From an uncultured Candidatus Saccharibacteria bacterium (GTDB taxonomy: Bacteria; Patescibacteriota; Doudnabacteria; UBA920): a stretch of 64,000 nucleotides of DNA. Below, one piece after another: positions 47,684 through 57,039 of the stretch (its first letter is position 1; each line of letters opens with the position of its first letter). Under the pieces are notes generated by a model. The model worked only from the letters and a program-made list of their open reading frames with translations. It searched no databases and had not been told where the DNA came from. Location of the stretch: contig CAYLIB010000007.1 in assembly GCA_964384035.1 (NCBI GenBank), positions 18,769 to 82,768 of the forward strand, written 5' to 3'. The position numbers and the translations under genes were made by a program.

Positions 47684-48019
47684 TATTGTTACCTCCTCAA
47701 GTGTTAAATTGAATTTGTGATAATACGGAAAATTTGGGTTTCTGTCAATAAGTATCGAATATTTATACTGGAGTAATTATTTGACAATTCTTTCCATACT
47801 AGGTATAGTCAGCGGAAGTCTTTTTTAGGTTTGGCCGTTAACAGAAAGGTGCCAAAAGGCAATTTTTGTGGTTTAACTTCAAGATTTCAAAGGTTTATAA
47901 CGTTCACGGATAAGCTTGCGTGGACGTGTTAGAGGGCTTTTTAGGACGCTAAAGAGTTTATCTAGCAAAAAGTAGTCATCAAAAACAAAGATAGAATAGA
48001 GTTTTACGGAGGTTTTGAA

Positions 48020-49444
48020 ATGTTGAGCAATGAATTATTTCTTTTGGTTGATCCTGTCGGTGCATCGCAGCAAGCTATTGATGCTTGGCAGGCATTTAAA
48101 AGTTTGCCGTGGCCACGGGTTGCTGTGCCTGCATCTGTGGTTATTGGTGGGCTTTCTGTTGCCGGTTATTCCTTGGTCCGGAAATTTGGACCTGGTTTTA
48201 TTAACTCGGTAAATAGGAAACAGCAAGAATTTGATTTGGAACATGAGTCGTTTTATTTTATATACGATGAAGTGTTCAGAAACAATCAAATGCTCGCGAA
48301 CCACTTGGTGAATGTGGCGCAGAGTAAGCGCGGTAAAGTTTATTCACCGAATTCGAATCCTGGTATTACGCCTAGCGGACGTCGCTATAAGACGCCGTAT
48401 GCGCCGAGTACCGAAACGACTTTCGTGGAATTCGACTTGGAAACAGGTAAAGAATTCTCGCTTACCAGATCGCAGTCCAACCCTGAATTTATTTCTTGGT
48501 TGGAGACCGAATACCCTGAAGTCTTTAATGTCGGTAAGGCTGATGAAGAGTTAGGGATGATGCGTCCTTATGATCTGTGCTTGTATCTTGGTTTCCCTGA
48601 GAAATCCAAGAGATTTGGTCGTAAGAAGGATCTGCCTACCGCGAAGAAAGTTATGACTGAGTTTCGCAAGGCTACTGGTTTTGCTACCGAGAAGAAGAAG
48701 CCTGTCCAGTTCACCCCAGTGCGCGTTACATTTCGCGCCTGGAAAGAATCCTTTGACGGCAACCAGACTCTGGTTGCGAGTGGCTCGCTTGAAAGCGACT
48801 TCGAGACTTTAAAGACTGCAAATCTCGTGTTTGCTAAAATGGCTCGTGAGATGATGCTCCTGATTGCCCGCAAGAACCGCGTCGAAACTAACCCTGAATT
48901 CCTGAGCAACCCCAAAAGTTGCTTCTACAAGTTCATTTCGGACGAGATCAAGTCCAAAGACAGAATCGAGAAACCTGAGGCCCAAACCTCAGATGGGCTA
49001 ACCCCAGATACAAATCCTTTGAAGGTTAATGATCGAGTTCATGATTACCTTAAGGAGAATGGAACTGTGAGTGACTATACGGCGGGTGCATATGTTATGC
49101 GGGAAGCAAGCGATGTCGATCCTTATCCTAGGGCCTGGTTTGCAGTAAACGATGCCTACCTTGACTACACCGAAGCAGACTTCCTGGAAGCTGCTATGGC
49201 ATACCACGCCGCTACTCGTGAGAGTGACCCACAAGTCCAGAACGATTTAGCTCTATGGCGTTCGTGGGTGCGTGACAGAAAGGCGTACCTGAAAACTGAG
49301 GATACTTACCGGATTACCAGAGATGAGCCAGCAACAAGCAGGATTTGGGCCAGTGTGAGGGAATACTGCGCGAGGAGTCCAATCCTTGGTTATTTCTTTC
49401 GCGATCTGAGTACGGCTGAAGGGGGTCGTGACCTGATCTCGTAA
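48020..49444 (+). CDS. Hypothetical protein (474 aa) with atypical composition (about 52-55% GC, CG-rich Arg codons), candidate horizontally acquired gene
   Basis: The ORF is preceded by GGAGG. Sampled 60-nt windows inside the gene gave 48-57% GC against about 35-43% in neighbouring genes. Arg is encoded by CGC/CGT/CGG here but mostly AGA elsewhere. Confidence 0.5.
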   Translation: MLSNELFLLVDPVGASQQAIDAWQAFKSLPWPRVAVPASVVIGGLSVAGYSLVRKFGPGFINSVNRKQQEFDLEHESFYFIYDEVFRNNQMLANHLVNVAQSKRGKVYSPNSNPGITPSGRRYKTPYAPSTETTFVEFDLETGKEFSLTRSQSNPEFISWLETEYPEVFNVGKADEELGMMRPYDLCLYLGFPEKSKRFGRKKDLPTAKKVMTEFRKATGFATEKKKPVQFTPVRVTFRAWKESFDGNQTLVASGSLESDFETLKTANLVFAKMAREMMLLIARKNRVETNPEFLSNPKSCFYKFISDEIKSKDRIEKPEAQTSDGLTPDTNPLKVNDRVHDYLKENGTVSDYTAGAYVMREASDVDPYPRAWFAVNDAYLDYTEADFLEAAMAYHAATRESDPQVQNDLALWRSWVRDRKAYLKTEDTYRITRDEPATSRIWASVREYCARSPILGYFFRDLSTAEGGRDLIS

Positions 49445-49696
49445 TCGACAATAAGAAAAAAATTGTGCTCAACATAAGTACACACACAATACTTTGGCTG
49501 CATGAACCCCACATGCAGCCTTTTCCTTTGGTTTTGTGTTTTGTGGCTATGGCATCGCACATTTTGCTCCAGCTCGCACGATTTTTTGGATTTTTTTACT
49601 CCATCGTCCCGTCACGGACGCTTGCGTAAAAAAATCGAAAAAGATCGTGCAATCTGAACCAAAATCTGCAATGCGTACTTTTTTCAGGAGAGATAA
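49445..49696. repeat. Intergenic element copy C3 (partial homolog of the approximately 240-bp family) upstream of adk
   Basis: CCATCGTCCCGTCACGGACG matches CCACCGTCCCAGTGCAGACG in C2; ATTTTGCTCCAG matches ATTTTATTCCCAG; AAAATCGAAAAAGATCGTGCAATCTGAACCAAAATCTGCAATGCG core; also the GGCTGCATG...CATGCAGCC hairpin. Confidence 0.4.
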
Positions 49697-50329
49697 GTGT
49701 TGCAAAAAATGGGGGGATGGCTTATTATCGGGGAGATGAAGTTTGATGTGATTTTTTTTATAGGACCTCAAGGGAGTGGGAAGGGGACGCAAGCTCGGCT
49801 GCTAGCCACGAAGCTTGGTTTTTATTTTTGGGAGATGGGTGGAATTCTGAGAGAGATTGGGAAAGAAGATTCCGTATTGGGTAAAAAGATAAAAGTGTTG
49901 CTTGATGCAGGTATTTTGGTTCCTGATCAAGTAATTTTAGAAATATTGGATGAGAAACTCCCAGGTTTAATGAATGAGAAAGGTTTGGTGTTCGATGGTG
50001 TACCTAGGCAGTTGGGACAGGCTGTGCATTTGTTGTCCTTTTTGGAGAAAAGCAATAAGCAGAAAATGGTGACTATCTTTATAGATTTACCTAAGGAAGA
50101 ATCAATCAAGAGATTGTTACTCAGAGCAGAGAAAGAAGGTCGTGTGGATGATAATAAAGAGAGTATAGAAATGCGGTTGTCTATGTATGAGAATCAAACG
50201 GTCCCGGTATTGGATTATCTGAGAGAGAGGACTACTTTTATTACGATTGACGGTTCGCCTGAAGTCGATATGGTTACTGAACAAATAAATTACGCACTTG
50301 AAGGAAGAGAAGACAAAGAATCCAATTAA
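49697..50329 (+). CDS. adk: Adenylate kinase (short form without zinc lid). The true start is probably MKFDVIFFIG near 49736.
   Basis: P-loop GPQGSGKGTQ; NMP-binding GxxLRE; LID region without Cys4. Confidence 0.8.
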   Translation: MLQKMGGWLIIGEMKFDVIFFIGPQGSGKGTQARLLATKLGFYFWEMGGILREIGKEDSVLGKKIKVLLDAGILVPDQVILEILDEKLPGLMNEKGLVFDGVPRQLGQAVHLLSFLEKSNKQKMVTIFIDLPKEESIKRLLLRAEKEGRVDDNKESIEMRLSMYENQTVPVLDYLRERTTFITIDGSPEVDMVTEQINYALEGREDKESN

Positions 50330-50933
50330 CATAATACTGATTGGTGATCCGGCAGCAGGAAAAGCTACTCAAGCTAGTTTTTTAACTAGAAAGTATGACC
50401 TGTATGATTTTGACATGGGCAAAGAGCTGACTGTTCTTAGGTCAAAAGATAAGCAGGTAGATGAGGTGTTAAAACAGAACACAGATAAGGGTAATTTGTC
50501 TCCTACTCAAATTGTAAGACAAATATTGAAAGATAAAATTAGTGAGTGCCCAAAGGAAAAGGGGATATTATTTGATGGCCATCCCAAAATGCTTGGTGAG
50601 GCTAAGCTTGTAAGTAAATTACTCAGAGAGCAAGGCAGAAGTAATCCCATAGTAATTTATTTGAGTATCCCTACCAAGGAAACTATAACCCGGATGCATA
50701 AAAGAGTTGGATATTTTGAAGGTAAGTTTGGGAAAAGAGCAGATGATTCTGTCGAGGCGTTGAAAAATAGAGTGGCATACTATAGGAAAAATGTCTCTCA
50801 GGTTATCGATTTTTTTAAACAACAGTACCAATATAAAAAGGTAAGTGGTTTAGGTAATAAGTCTGAAGTAAAGCTACGTATTTTTTTGACTATTGATAAA
50901 TATTTAGAGAAAGTTAAAAATACCTCTAAATAA
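50298..50933 (+). CDS. Second adenylate-kinase-family nucleoside monophosphate kinase (tandem paralog), TTG start
   Basis: P-loop GDPAAGKATQ; same domain order as adk; overlaps the upstream adk by about 30 nt. Confidence 0.6.
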   Translation: MKEEKTKNPINIILIGDPAAGKATQASFLTRKYDLYDFDMGKELTVLRSKDKQVDEVLKQNTDKGNLSPTQIVRQILKDKISECPKEKGILFDGHPKMLGEAKLVSKLLREQGRSNPIVIYLSIPTKETITRMHKRVGYFEGKFGKRADDSVEALKNRVAYYRKNVSQVIDFFKQQYQYKKVSGLGNKSEVKLRIFLTIDKYLEKVKNTSK

Positions 50934-50948
50934 CTTTAGAGGTATTAT
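50917..50948 (+). terminator. Hairpin overlapping the stop of the adk paralog, 5 nt before map
   Basis: AATACCTCTAAA-TAAC-TTTAGAGGTATT followed by ATTTTGT. Confidence 0.4.
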
Positions 50949-50953
50949 TTTGT

Positions 50954-51721
50954 ATGCCAGACAAGCAAGGGTTTATTAAAACTTCAGAGGAGATAAATAT
51001 TATCGGAGAGGGTGGAAAGATAATGAGGGATATTTTAAGTATGCTTTCTGAGAAATCTATCCCTGGAATTTCTACTTATGAGTTAAATAAGATTGCTTGG
51101 AAAGAAATAGAATCCTGTGGGGGTAGGCCGAGTTTTTTGGGTTATGGGCCACGAAATAATCCATTTCCAGCAGCGTTATGTACTTCTTTAAATGATGTTG
51201 TGGTGCATGGTATCCCATCTGAAAAAGTGATTTTGAAGGAAGGTGATATATTGGGTTTAGATATTGGTATGGAATATAAAGGGTTATATACGGATACGGC
51301 GATTACTGTAATGGTTGGGAAAGTGAAAGATCGTGTCAAAGAGTTGGTATTAACCACACAGGAGGCACTTAACAAAGCGATTGATAAGGCTAGAGTGGGT
51401 AATAGAATTGGTGATATCTCTGCTGTCATATTTGAAACTGCAAAACACTCAGGGTTTACGGTGGTAAGAGAGCTAGTTGGTCATGGTGTGGGTTATCAGG
51501 TTCATGAAGACCCTGCTGTGCCCTGTTATGGACGTCCAGGAACGGGACCCGAGTTATTCGAGGGTATGGTTTTAGCTATTGAACCAATGGTGTGCGAAAA
51601 GAGTCCGAGGATTTACGTAGATAGGGATGGATGGACGATTAGAACAGATGATGGGGGTAGGGCCGCGCATTTTGAACACACAATTGCTATAACAAAAAGT
51701 GGACCTAGGATTCTTACTTAA
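50954..51721 (+). CDS. map: Methionine aminopeptidase type I
   Basis: 255 aa; the His/Asp/Glu metal-ligand pattern of the pita-bread fold (DIxxLDIG, HGVG, EPM). Confidence 0.9.
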   Translation: MPDKQGFIKTSEEINIIGEGGKIMRDILSMLSEKSIPGISTYELNKIAWKEIESCGGRPSFLGYGPRNNPFPAALCTSLNDVVVHGIPSEKVILKEGDILGLDIGMEYKGLYTDTAITVMVGKVKDRVKELVLTTQEALNKAIDKARVGNRIGDISAVIFETAKHSGFTVVRELVGHGVGYQVHEDPAVPCYGRPGTGPELFEGMVLAIEPMVCEKSPRIYVDRDGWTIRTDDGGRAAHFEHTIAITKSGPRILT

Positions 51722-51747
51722 GATACAGAAAATAAAAAAACAAGTAG

Positions 51748-52182
51748 TCAATGTACTTGTTGTTTTTTTTGATTGTTTAAAATAGATTTACGCCAAGTAT
51801 AGAAGAATGTAAACCCGCATGTGAGATAAAGTAGAATCCCCAAGATTATTAATCTTTTAGCCTGAACTTCTAAGAAGTATACGGATTCTTCCAGGTCATT
51901 TAGCGTATGTTTTTTCTGAAAAGGATCTTGATTGCTTTTTATACCCATTAACTGGGTTTCAAGCTCGGTTTCCTTTAATGTTAACTGATCGATTCTGTTT
52001 TCTAGAAATCTGATTTTGTTGTACGCGAGAGTGAGTTTTTTCTCTAGTTTTTGAATTTTTTGTCTAGCAGTTAATTTGGGGCGTGCGCTAATTTGTGGGG
52101 CAAGAGCGCATAAAAGTAAACACATTACAATAAACCATTTTGATTTCATCGGGGGTTCCTCATGTTTGATTTTGCCGTACAA
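51748..52182 (-). CDS. Hypothetical protein with N-terminal signal/TM and coiled coil, C-terminal TM
   Basis: ORF only. Confidence 0.35.
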   Translation of the reverse strand: MYGKIKHEEPPMKSKWFIVMCLLLCALAPQISARPKLTARQKIQKLEKKLTLAYNKIRFLENRIDQLTLKETELETQLMGIKSNQDPFQKKHTLNDLEESVYFLEVQAKRLIILGILLYLTCGFTFFYTWRKSILNNQKKQQVH

Positions 52183-52284
52183 GATTAAAGATTATGCCTT
52201 TTTTATGATGAATGCGTCAAGTATGTGCTATAATTTTCTTTGTATTAACACTCAGTATTAAGAGTAAAAACAAATCATATTTAG

Positions 52285-52659
52285 ATGCAAAATTTACAAG
52301 ACGTTTTTCAAAGAATGCGCGCGACTAAGCGTGAACAGAAACAAATAACTAATATGTACAAGGATTCACTCGAGTCCTCTTCGGAATATCGAGATGTTTT
52401 AGAGAAACTGCGTGGTTTTAAGCTTAGAAAACAGCAAATTGAGGAAGAGGTTAAGGCTGAATTGGGAAATGATTTAGCAAAATTAGAGGCTTTAAAAAAG
52501 GATGTGCAGGCAGATAAAGAATTGCTAGCTGACTTAGCCATTAATAAGTTAATGTCTGGTGAAACTGTGAGTGTAGAGGATGAAGACAAAAATCCGTATG
52601 AGCCGGTGTTTAGTGTTAAATTTAAGAAAACAAACGAGGTTAGACAAGAAGGGGTTTAA
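52285..52659 (+). CDS. Hypothetical coiled-coil protein (124 aa)
   Basis: ORF only; charged heptad-like sequence. Confidence 0.35.
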   Translation: MQNLQDVFQRMRATKREQKQITNMYKDSLESSSEYRDVLEKLRGFKLRKQQIEEEVKAELGNDLAKLEALKKDVQADKELLADLAINKLMSGETVSVEDEDKNPYEPVFSVKFKKTNEVRQEGV

Positions 52660-52664
52660 AGAAT

Positions 52665-53072
52665 ATGTCAGGTAATGTACCAGTAAGTTTTGCTTATTTG
52701 GAGAGAGACGGGAGGGTTCTACTTGTCCAAGAAGGGGGGAGACAGCCTTATGGCTTGTGGTGTTTTCCTGGTGGGCATGTAGATCCTGGTGAGACACCTG
52801 ATATTGCTTGTGTAAGAGAGACCAAGGAAGAAACTGGTTACGAAGTGGAAATTGTAAAACCATTGCTTATTCGGACTGTAAGTGGGTTGGAGTACAAAGG
52901 TCCTTTTTCTGAAAATGATAAACAGATTGATATTCATTTATTTGAAGTAAGGATAGTAGGAGGCGATTTGATAGGTTTGAATAATGAGTTATTAGATGTT
53001 GCTTGGTTTGCGAAAGATCATGCGATTAAACTTCCGCATAGGTGGGAGTGGCTAAAAGAGATAATCGGTTAG
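52665..53072 (+). CDS. NUDIX hydrolase
   Basis: Nudix box GGHVDPGETPDIACVRETKEETG. Confidence 0.75.
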   Translation: MSGNVPVSFAYLERDGRVLLVQEGGRQPYGLWCFPGGHVDPGETPDIACVRETKEETGYEVEIVKPLLIRTVSGLEYKGPFSENDKQIDIHLFEVRIVGGDLIGLNNELLDVAWFAKDHAIKLPHRWEWLKEIIG

Positions 53073-53164
53073 TTTACAGGAAATGTAAAAGTGTATATAA
53101 TTGTCACCGGCGCTAACTTAGGTTAGCGCTATTAAGTTTTTGTCGAATTTTTTCTGGAGGAAAT

Positions 53165-54454
53165 ATGAAAAGACCGAAACCGAATTTCAAGAATACACTT
53201 GGGATTATTATTGGTGGTGGAGAGGGTAACAGGCTTTGGCCTATAACAGCTAGCGTCCCTAAGCCCGCTGTGCCCGTTGGGGCAGACTATGTAATGCTTG
53301 ATTTTCCAATATCTTCCTTGTTGAATTCTGGGTTTGGTAAAATAGTGCTGATCGCTCAGCATTTACCACATGTGATTACTGAACATGTAAATTCTTATCC
53401 AGCAATTTTTGCATCGGGTAGAGGGGAGTTCGGTTCAGTCCGCATGCCTTTCTATCAACAAGATCAGTTTTTGTCTGACCAGCATGCGCTTAGAAGGGTG
53501 CATGAGTTTTTGGAGTTAGATGGAATTGATTATGTTATTTTGCTCAACGCGGATCAGATTTGGGCGTTGGATTTTGAACAAGTTTTTGATGAAATGTTCA
53601 AAGTGGGTGCTCATGCTGCGTTGGTGTATAAGAAAGTTGGGATTGAGGAAGCAAGGAAAAAATTGGGAGTAGTAAAGATGTCAGAGAATGGTCTGGTTGA
53701 GTCTATGGCTGAGAAACCAGACAATCCATACCCTGATTCGCTTGATCCTGCACAAACTTGTGCGAATACTGCAATTTACTGCATGGACAAGCAAGCATAC
53801 ATTGAGATGATAGCTCATATAGCCGATGCTGATCCTGGGCCAAACTTGAGTAATACCGGCATACGGTGGTTGATAGGGCAGAAGGAAGTGCTTGGCTATG
53901 ATATTACTAGTAATGTTATTGATAATTCTGCTGAATTCCAGCAGGGTTTCTGGTTTGATGCCGGAACTCATGAGACTTATCTTGAAGTACAAAAATTACT
54001 AGCAGTGAAAGGAGGAAGGCATTTCAATTTGTATAATGACAAATGGCCGATTTACCGAGGAGTGCCTGGGAATGTTTATCCTGGTCCCGTGAAGCTGGAC
54101 GCTGCTATTTGTGAGGCTAGTTTACTTGGAGCTGGTGTGATTTTGGCCCAAGAAACTGAGCTTTATAATTCTGTTTTGAGTCCGGGTACAAGAGTCTTTG
54201 ATAAAAGCACTCTGGAAACGGTGGTAACTCTAAGAAATTGCCAGATAGGGGCAGGTTCTGTTCTGAAAAAGGTAATTCTTGGTGAGGGGGTATGTGTACC
54301 ACCAGGGACAGTCCTGGGTGGTGGATATTACCCTGATGGTACGCTGGATTTTGATGAGGCGATTGTTCGCCTGCAGTCTGGAAAACGACCAGTACCCGTA
54401 CCCATAAAGACAGAAAGTGGTATTCTGGTTATACCAGCAAGGTGGAAGTTTTGA
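53165..54454 (+). CDS. Sugar-1-phosphate nucleotidyltransferase, GlgC-like (glucose-1-phosphate adenylyltransferase family) with C-terminal left-handed beta-helix
   Basis: 429 aa; GIIIGGGEGNRLWPIT...KPAVPVG N-terminal motif; LLNADQIW; C-terminal hexapeptide-repeat-like region. Confidence 0.6.
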   Translation: MKRPKPNFKNTLGIIIGGGEGNRLWPITASVPKPAVPVGADYVMLDFPISSLLNSGFGKIVLIAQHLPHVITEHVNSYPAIFASGRGEFGSVRMPFYQQDQFLSDQHALRRVHEFLELDGIDYVILLNADQIWALDFEQVFDEMFKVGAHAALVYKKVGIEEARKKLGVVKMSENGLVESMAEKPDNPYPDSLDPAQTCANTAIYCMDKQAYIEMIAHIADADPGPNLSNTGIRWLIGQKEVLGYDITSNVIDNSAEFQQGFWFDAGTHETYLEVQKLLAVKGGRHFNLYNDKWPIYRGVPGNVYPGPVKLDAAICEASLLGAGVILAQETELYNSVLSPGTRVFDKSTLETVVTLRNCQIGAGSVLKKVILGEGVCVPPGTVLGGGYYPDGTLDFDEAIVRLQSGKRPVPVPIKTESGILVIPARWKF

Positions 54455-54581
54455 TCCGCCTTTTTTTATTAGTATTTAATATTCTAGCTATTGTTTTTTC
54501 TTTGAAAAATAGATACCCTAGAATTGTTGTAAGTTTTCCGACGAGTATTATGGATTCTCACAAGTTTGCGAGGAGGACGCA

Positions 54582-55106
54582 ATGCAGGATCAAAAAAATA
54601 CAAAAAGAAAACCCAGAATGTTTCGTGTGGTGGAGACATTGGTAAATAATAAAACAATAAAATTAATTGTCCCTTGCAAAAAAAATACGGAGGAAAATTT
54701 TTCTAATAGGGAAGGATTTGGGGTTTATATTCACTTGGATGCTAGAATAAGGAAAGCCTTGTGCATGTATTCAAAACTTCAGAAGGTAAAAGCGAGAATT
54801 TTCAATCTATCATTTTCGAATATCCCTGAATATGAAATTGTTTTGGAGCCACCACCCGATAATCCTTTTATGTTTACCGAGGTTGATATTCATTTTTTCC
54901 CATGTGGGTCTTTGTTTCAAGAGATAGTAGAGGTAGTAGCTGGTGATCCTAAATTGGAGAAGAAGGAAAGTTCTAAAAAGAAATCGACCGCATTGGGTAT
55001 CAGAAAAACTCCGGGTCCGTTTTTCGTTGGTGGGAAAGGTGATGGCCCAACAGGGATCGATGATCTAAAAAAAGCGGCTCAAGATTATTACGATGATTTA
55101 ACATAG
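54582..55106 (+). CDS. Hypothetical protein (174 aa)
   Basis: ORF only. Confidence 0.35.
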   Translation: MQDQKNTKRKPRMFRVVETLVNNKTIKLIVPCKKNTEENFSNREGFGVYIHLDARIRKALCMYSKLQKVKARIFNLSFSNIPEYEIVLEPPPDNPFMFTEVDIHFFPCGSLFQEIVEVVAGDPKLEKKESSKKKSTALGIRKTPGPFFVGGKGDGPTGIDDLKKAAQDYYDDLT

Positions 55107-55206
55107 CATGTGGAAAAGTGCTATGTTTTTTATATTAGGAGTATGGTATATTTAGGTGTACAAAGGTATACCTATTTAGAGCCTAGTATGATAATTTAGT
55201 TAATTT

Positions 55207-56343
55207 GTGCTTATGGAACCATTAGCAAATAGAATTAGACCATTAGGTTTAGATAAATATTATGGACAGGAGCATTTGGTGGGTGAGGATGGACCAATTC
55301 GTAAGGCTATATTAGAAAAGCATATTTTTAGTTTTATTCTATGGGGACCTCCTGGTACGGGTAAGACAACTCTAGCGAAGATATATGCTAATTCTGTTGG
55401 GGCAGAGATGTTTACACTTTCGGCTGTTTCGGCTGGAAAAGATCAGGTTAGACAAATATTAGAACTCCCGACTTTTTTAGGTAAGACAAAAATATTATTT
55501 TTAGACGAAATTCACAGGTTTAATAAAGCTCAGCAAGATTTTTTATTACCTTTTGTTGAGTCAGGGCAAATATATTTAATAGGCGCAACGACAGAAAATC
55601 CTAGCTTTGAGGTTGTTCCGGCTTTGTTATCGAGATGTAGGGTTTTTACTTTGAAAGCTTTAGATTCGGATTCGCTACGAAAAATTATTTTAAATACAGA
55701 GATACCGGTAGATGAAGACGCGATGAACTTGCTGTTGGGACAATCGGGAGGGGATGCGAGGCAAGCAATCGGAATTTTAGAAAATGTTGGTAAATTGTAT
55801 CCGAGAGTGACCCTGGAGACACTCAAAAAAAGCATGCAGTCCAGTGTGCTTCGTTACGATAAAAATGGAGAGGAGCATTACAATACTATTTCGGCTTTTA
55901 TAAAAAGTATGCGTGCTAGTCAAGTTGATGCTGCGCTTTATTACTTAGCAAGAATGACCGAAGCTCATGAGGATCCGCTTTTTATTGCGAGAAGGATGAT
56001 TATTTTCGCATCTGAAGACATTGGAATGGAAGATCCACAAGCTCTTCAGGTAGCTAATGCGGTTTTTCAGGCATGTCAGATAATTGGATACCCTGAATGC
56101 TCAATAACCTTGGCGGAGGGGGTTACTTATCTTGCTCTTGCCCCGAAGAGCCGTGCGGTTTACGACGCGATTATGGAGGCTAAAATGGATGCAGTTAGGT
56201 TGGGGAATTTAGAGATACCTTTAGAAATTCGAAATGCACCTACAAAATTAATGAAGGAGTTAGGGTATGGAAATGGATATGAGATGTATTCACAGAGTGA
56301 TTTCTTACCAAAAGAACTCAAAAGGAAAAAGTATTACAAATAA
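55207..56343 (+). CDS. rarA: Replication-associated recombination protein A (AAA+ ATPase)
   Basis: 378 aa; Walker [10 protein letters not shown]; Walker [11 protein letters not shown]; MgsA C-terminal domain. Confidence 0.85.
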   Translation: MLMEPLANRIRPLGLDKYYGQEHLVGEDGPIRKAILEKHIFSFILWGPPGTGKTTLAKIYANSVGAEMFTLSAVSAGKDQVRQILELPTFLGKTKILFLDEIHRFNKAQQDFLLPFVESGQIYLIGATTENPSFEVVPALLSRCRVFTLKALDSDSLRKIILNTEIPVDEDAMNLLLGQSGGDARQAIGILENVGKLYPRVTLETLKKSMQSSVLRYDKNGEEHYNTISAFIKSMRASQVDAALYYLARMTEAHEDPLFIARRMIIFASEDIGMEDPQALQVANAVFQACQIIGYPECSITLAEGVTYLALAPKSRAVYDAIMEAKMDAVRLGNLEIPLEIRNAPTKLMKELGYGNGYEMYSQSDFLPKELKRKKYYK

Positions 56344-56363
56344 AAAAGACCTTTTTGGTTTAT

Positions 56364-56915
56364 TTAAGAAATGAACTTAGAGAAAAATTCTTTTAAGAAT
56401 CCGGCCCTAGGGGTATTTGATTCGCTGACCGCGCCAGTTAGTTCATATCCCGCTCGAAGCACTACCACTTCTTCCTCGAAGCGTTGTTGTTCAAGATGGC
56501 TGGCTTCGACACAGAATTCTTGGATTTTCTGTATTAGGTCTGAGATGCCTAGTTTTTTGAACTCGCCGGTGTCATTACAGTTAATTCTAACTAATTCTTT
56601 TGTCCCAATTAGAGCGTTTTTAATTAGTAAGGCTGATTTTGAATTATTGGGCTGTTCGTAGATACAAATCGCGTAGTTCACAGGAATGTCAGTGTAAGTG
56701 GGGTAGCTCCCGAATACATAGCCGTCGTTTACTTGGTATGAAACCTCACGGTTATCAAACCGGTGAACAACTACATGGAATTGGGGATTTATGTCATTGT
56801 GTCTAAATGCTGTAAAAACCAGTATGCTTTCTATAAGCCCTTTGTTGTTACCCCAGGGAAATTGAGCTGATTCAACTTTCTCGTATTTGTGAACGTACAT
56901 ATTAACTTCCTCCAT
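56364..56915 (-). CDS. Hypothetical protein (183 aa)
   Basis: ORF only. Confidence 0.4.
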   Translation of the reverse strand: MEEVNMYVHKYEKVESAQFPWGNNKGLIESILVFTAFRHNDINPQFHVVVHRFDNREVSYQVNDGYVFGSYPTYTDIPVNYAICIYEQPNNSKSALLIKNALIGTKELVRINCNDTGEFKKLGISDLIQKIQEFCVEASHLEQQRFEEEVVVLRAGYELTGAVSESNTPRAGFLKEFFSKFIS

Positions 56916-57002
56916 TTAAAGTACCCCCTCGCTTCGCGAATAGGGAAAATTTAAATCGATGTAATACGAGACTATATAGTATATGTACGCATTGCGCAAG
57001 AT

Positions 57003-57037
57003 TAAAAAACCGCCAGATTAAGACCGGCGGTTTTTTG
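57003..57037. terminator. Bidirectional intrinsic terminator downstream of thrS
   Basis: AAAAAACCGCCAG-ATTAAGA-CCGGCGGTTTTTT. Confidence 0.55.
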
Positions 57038-57039
57038 GG

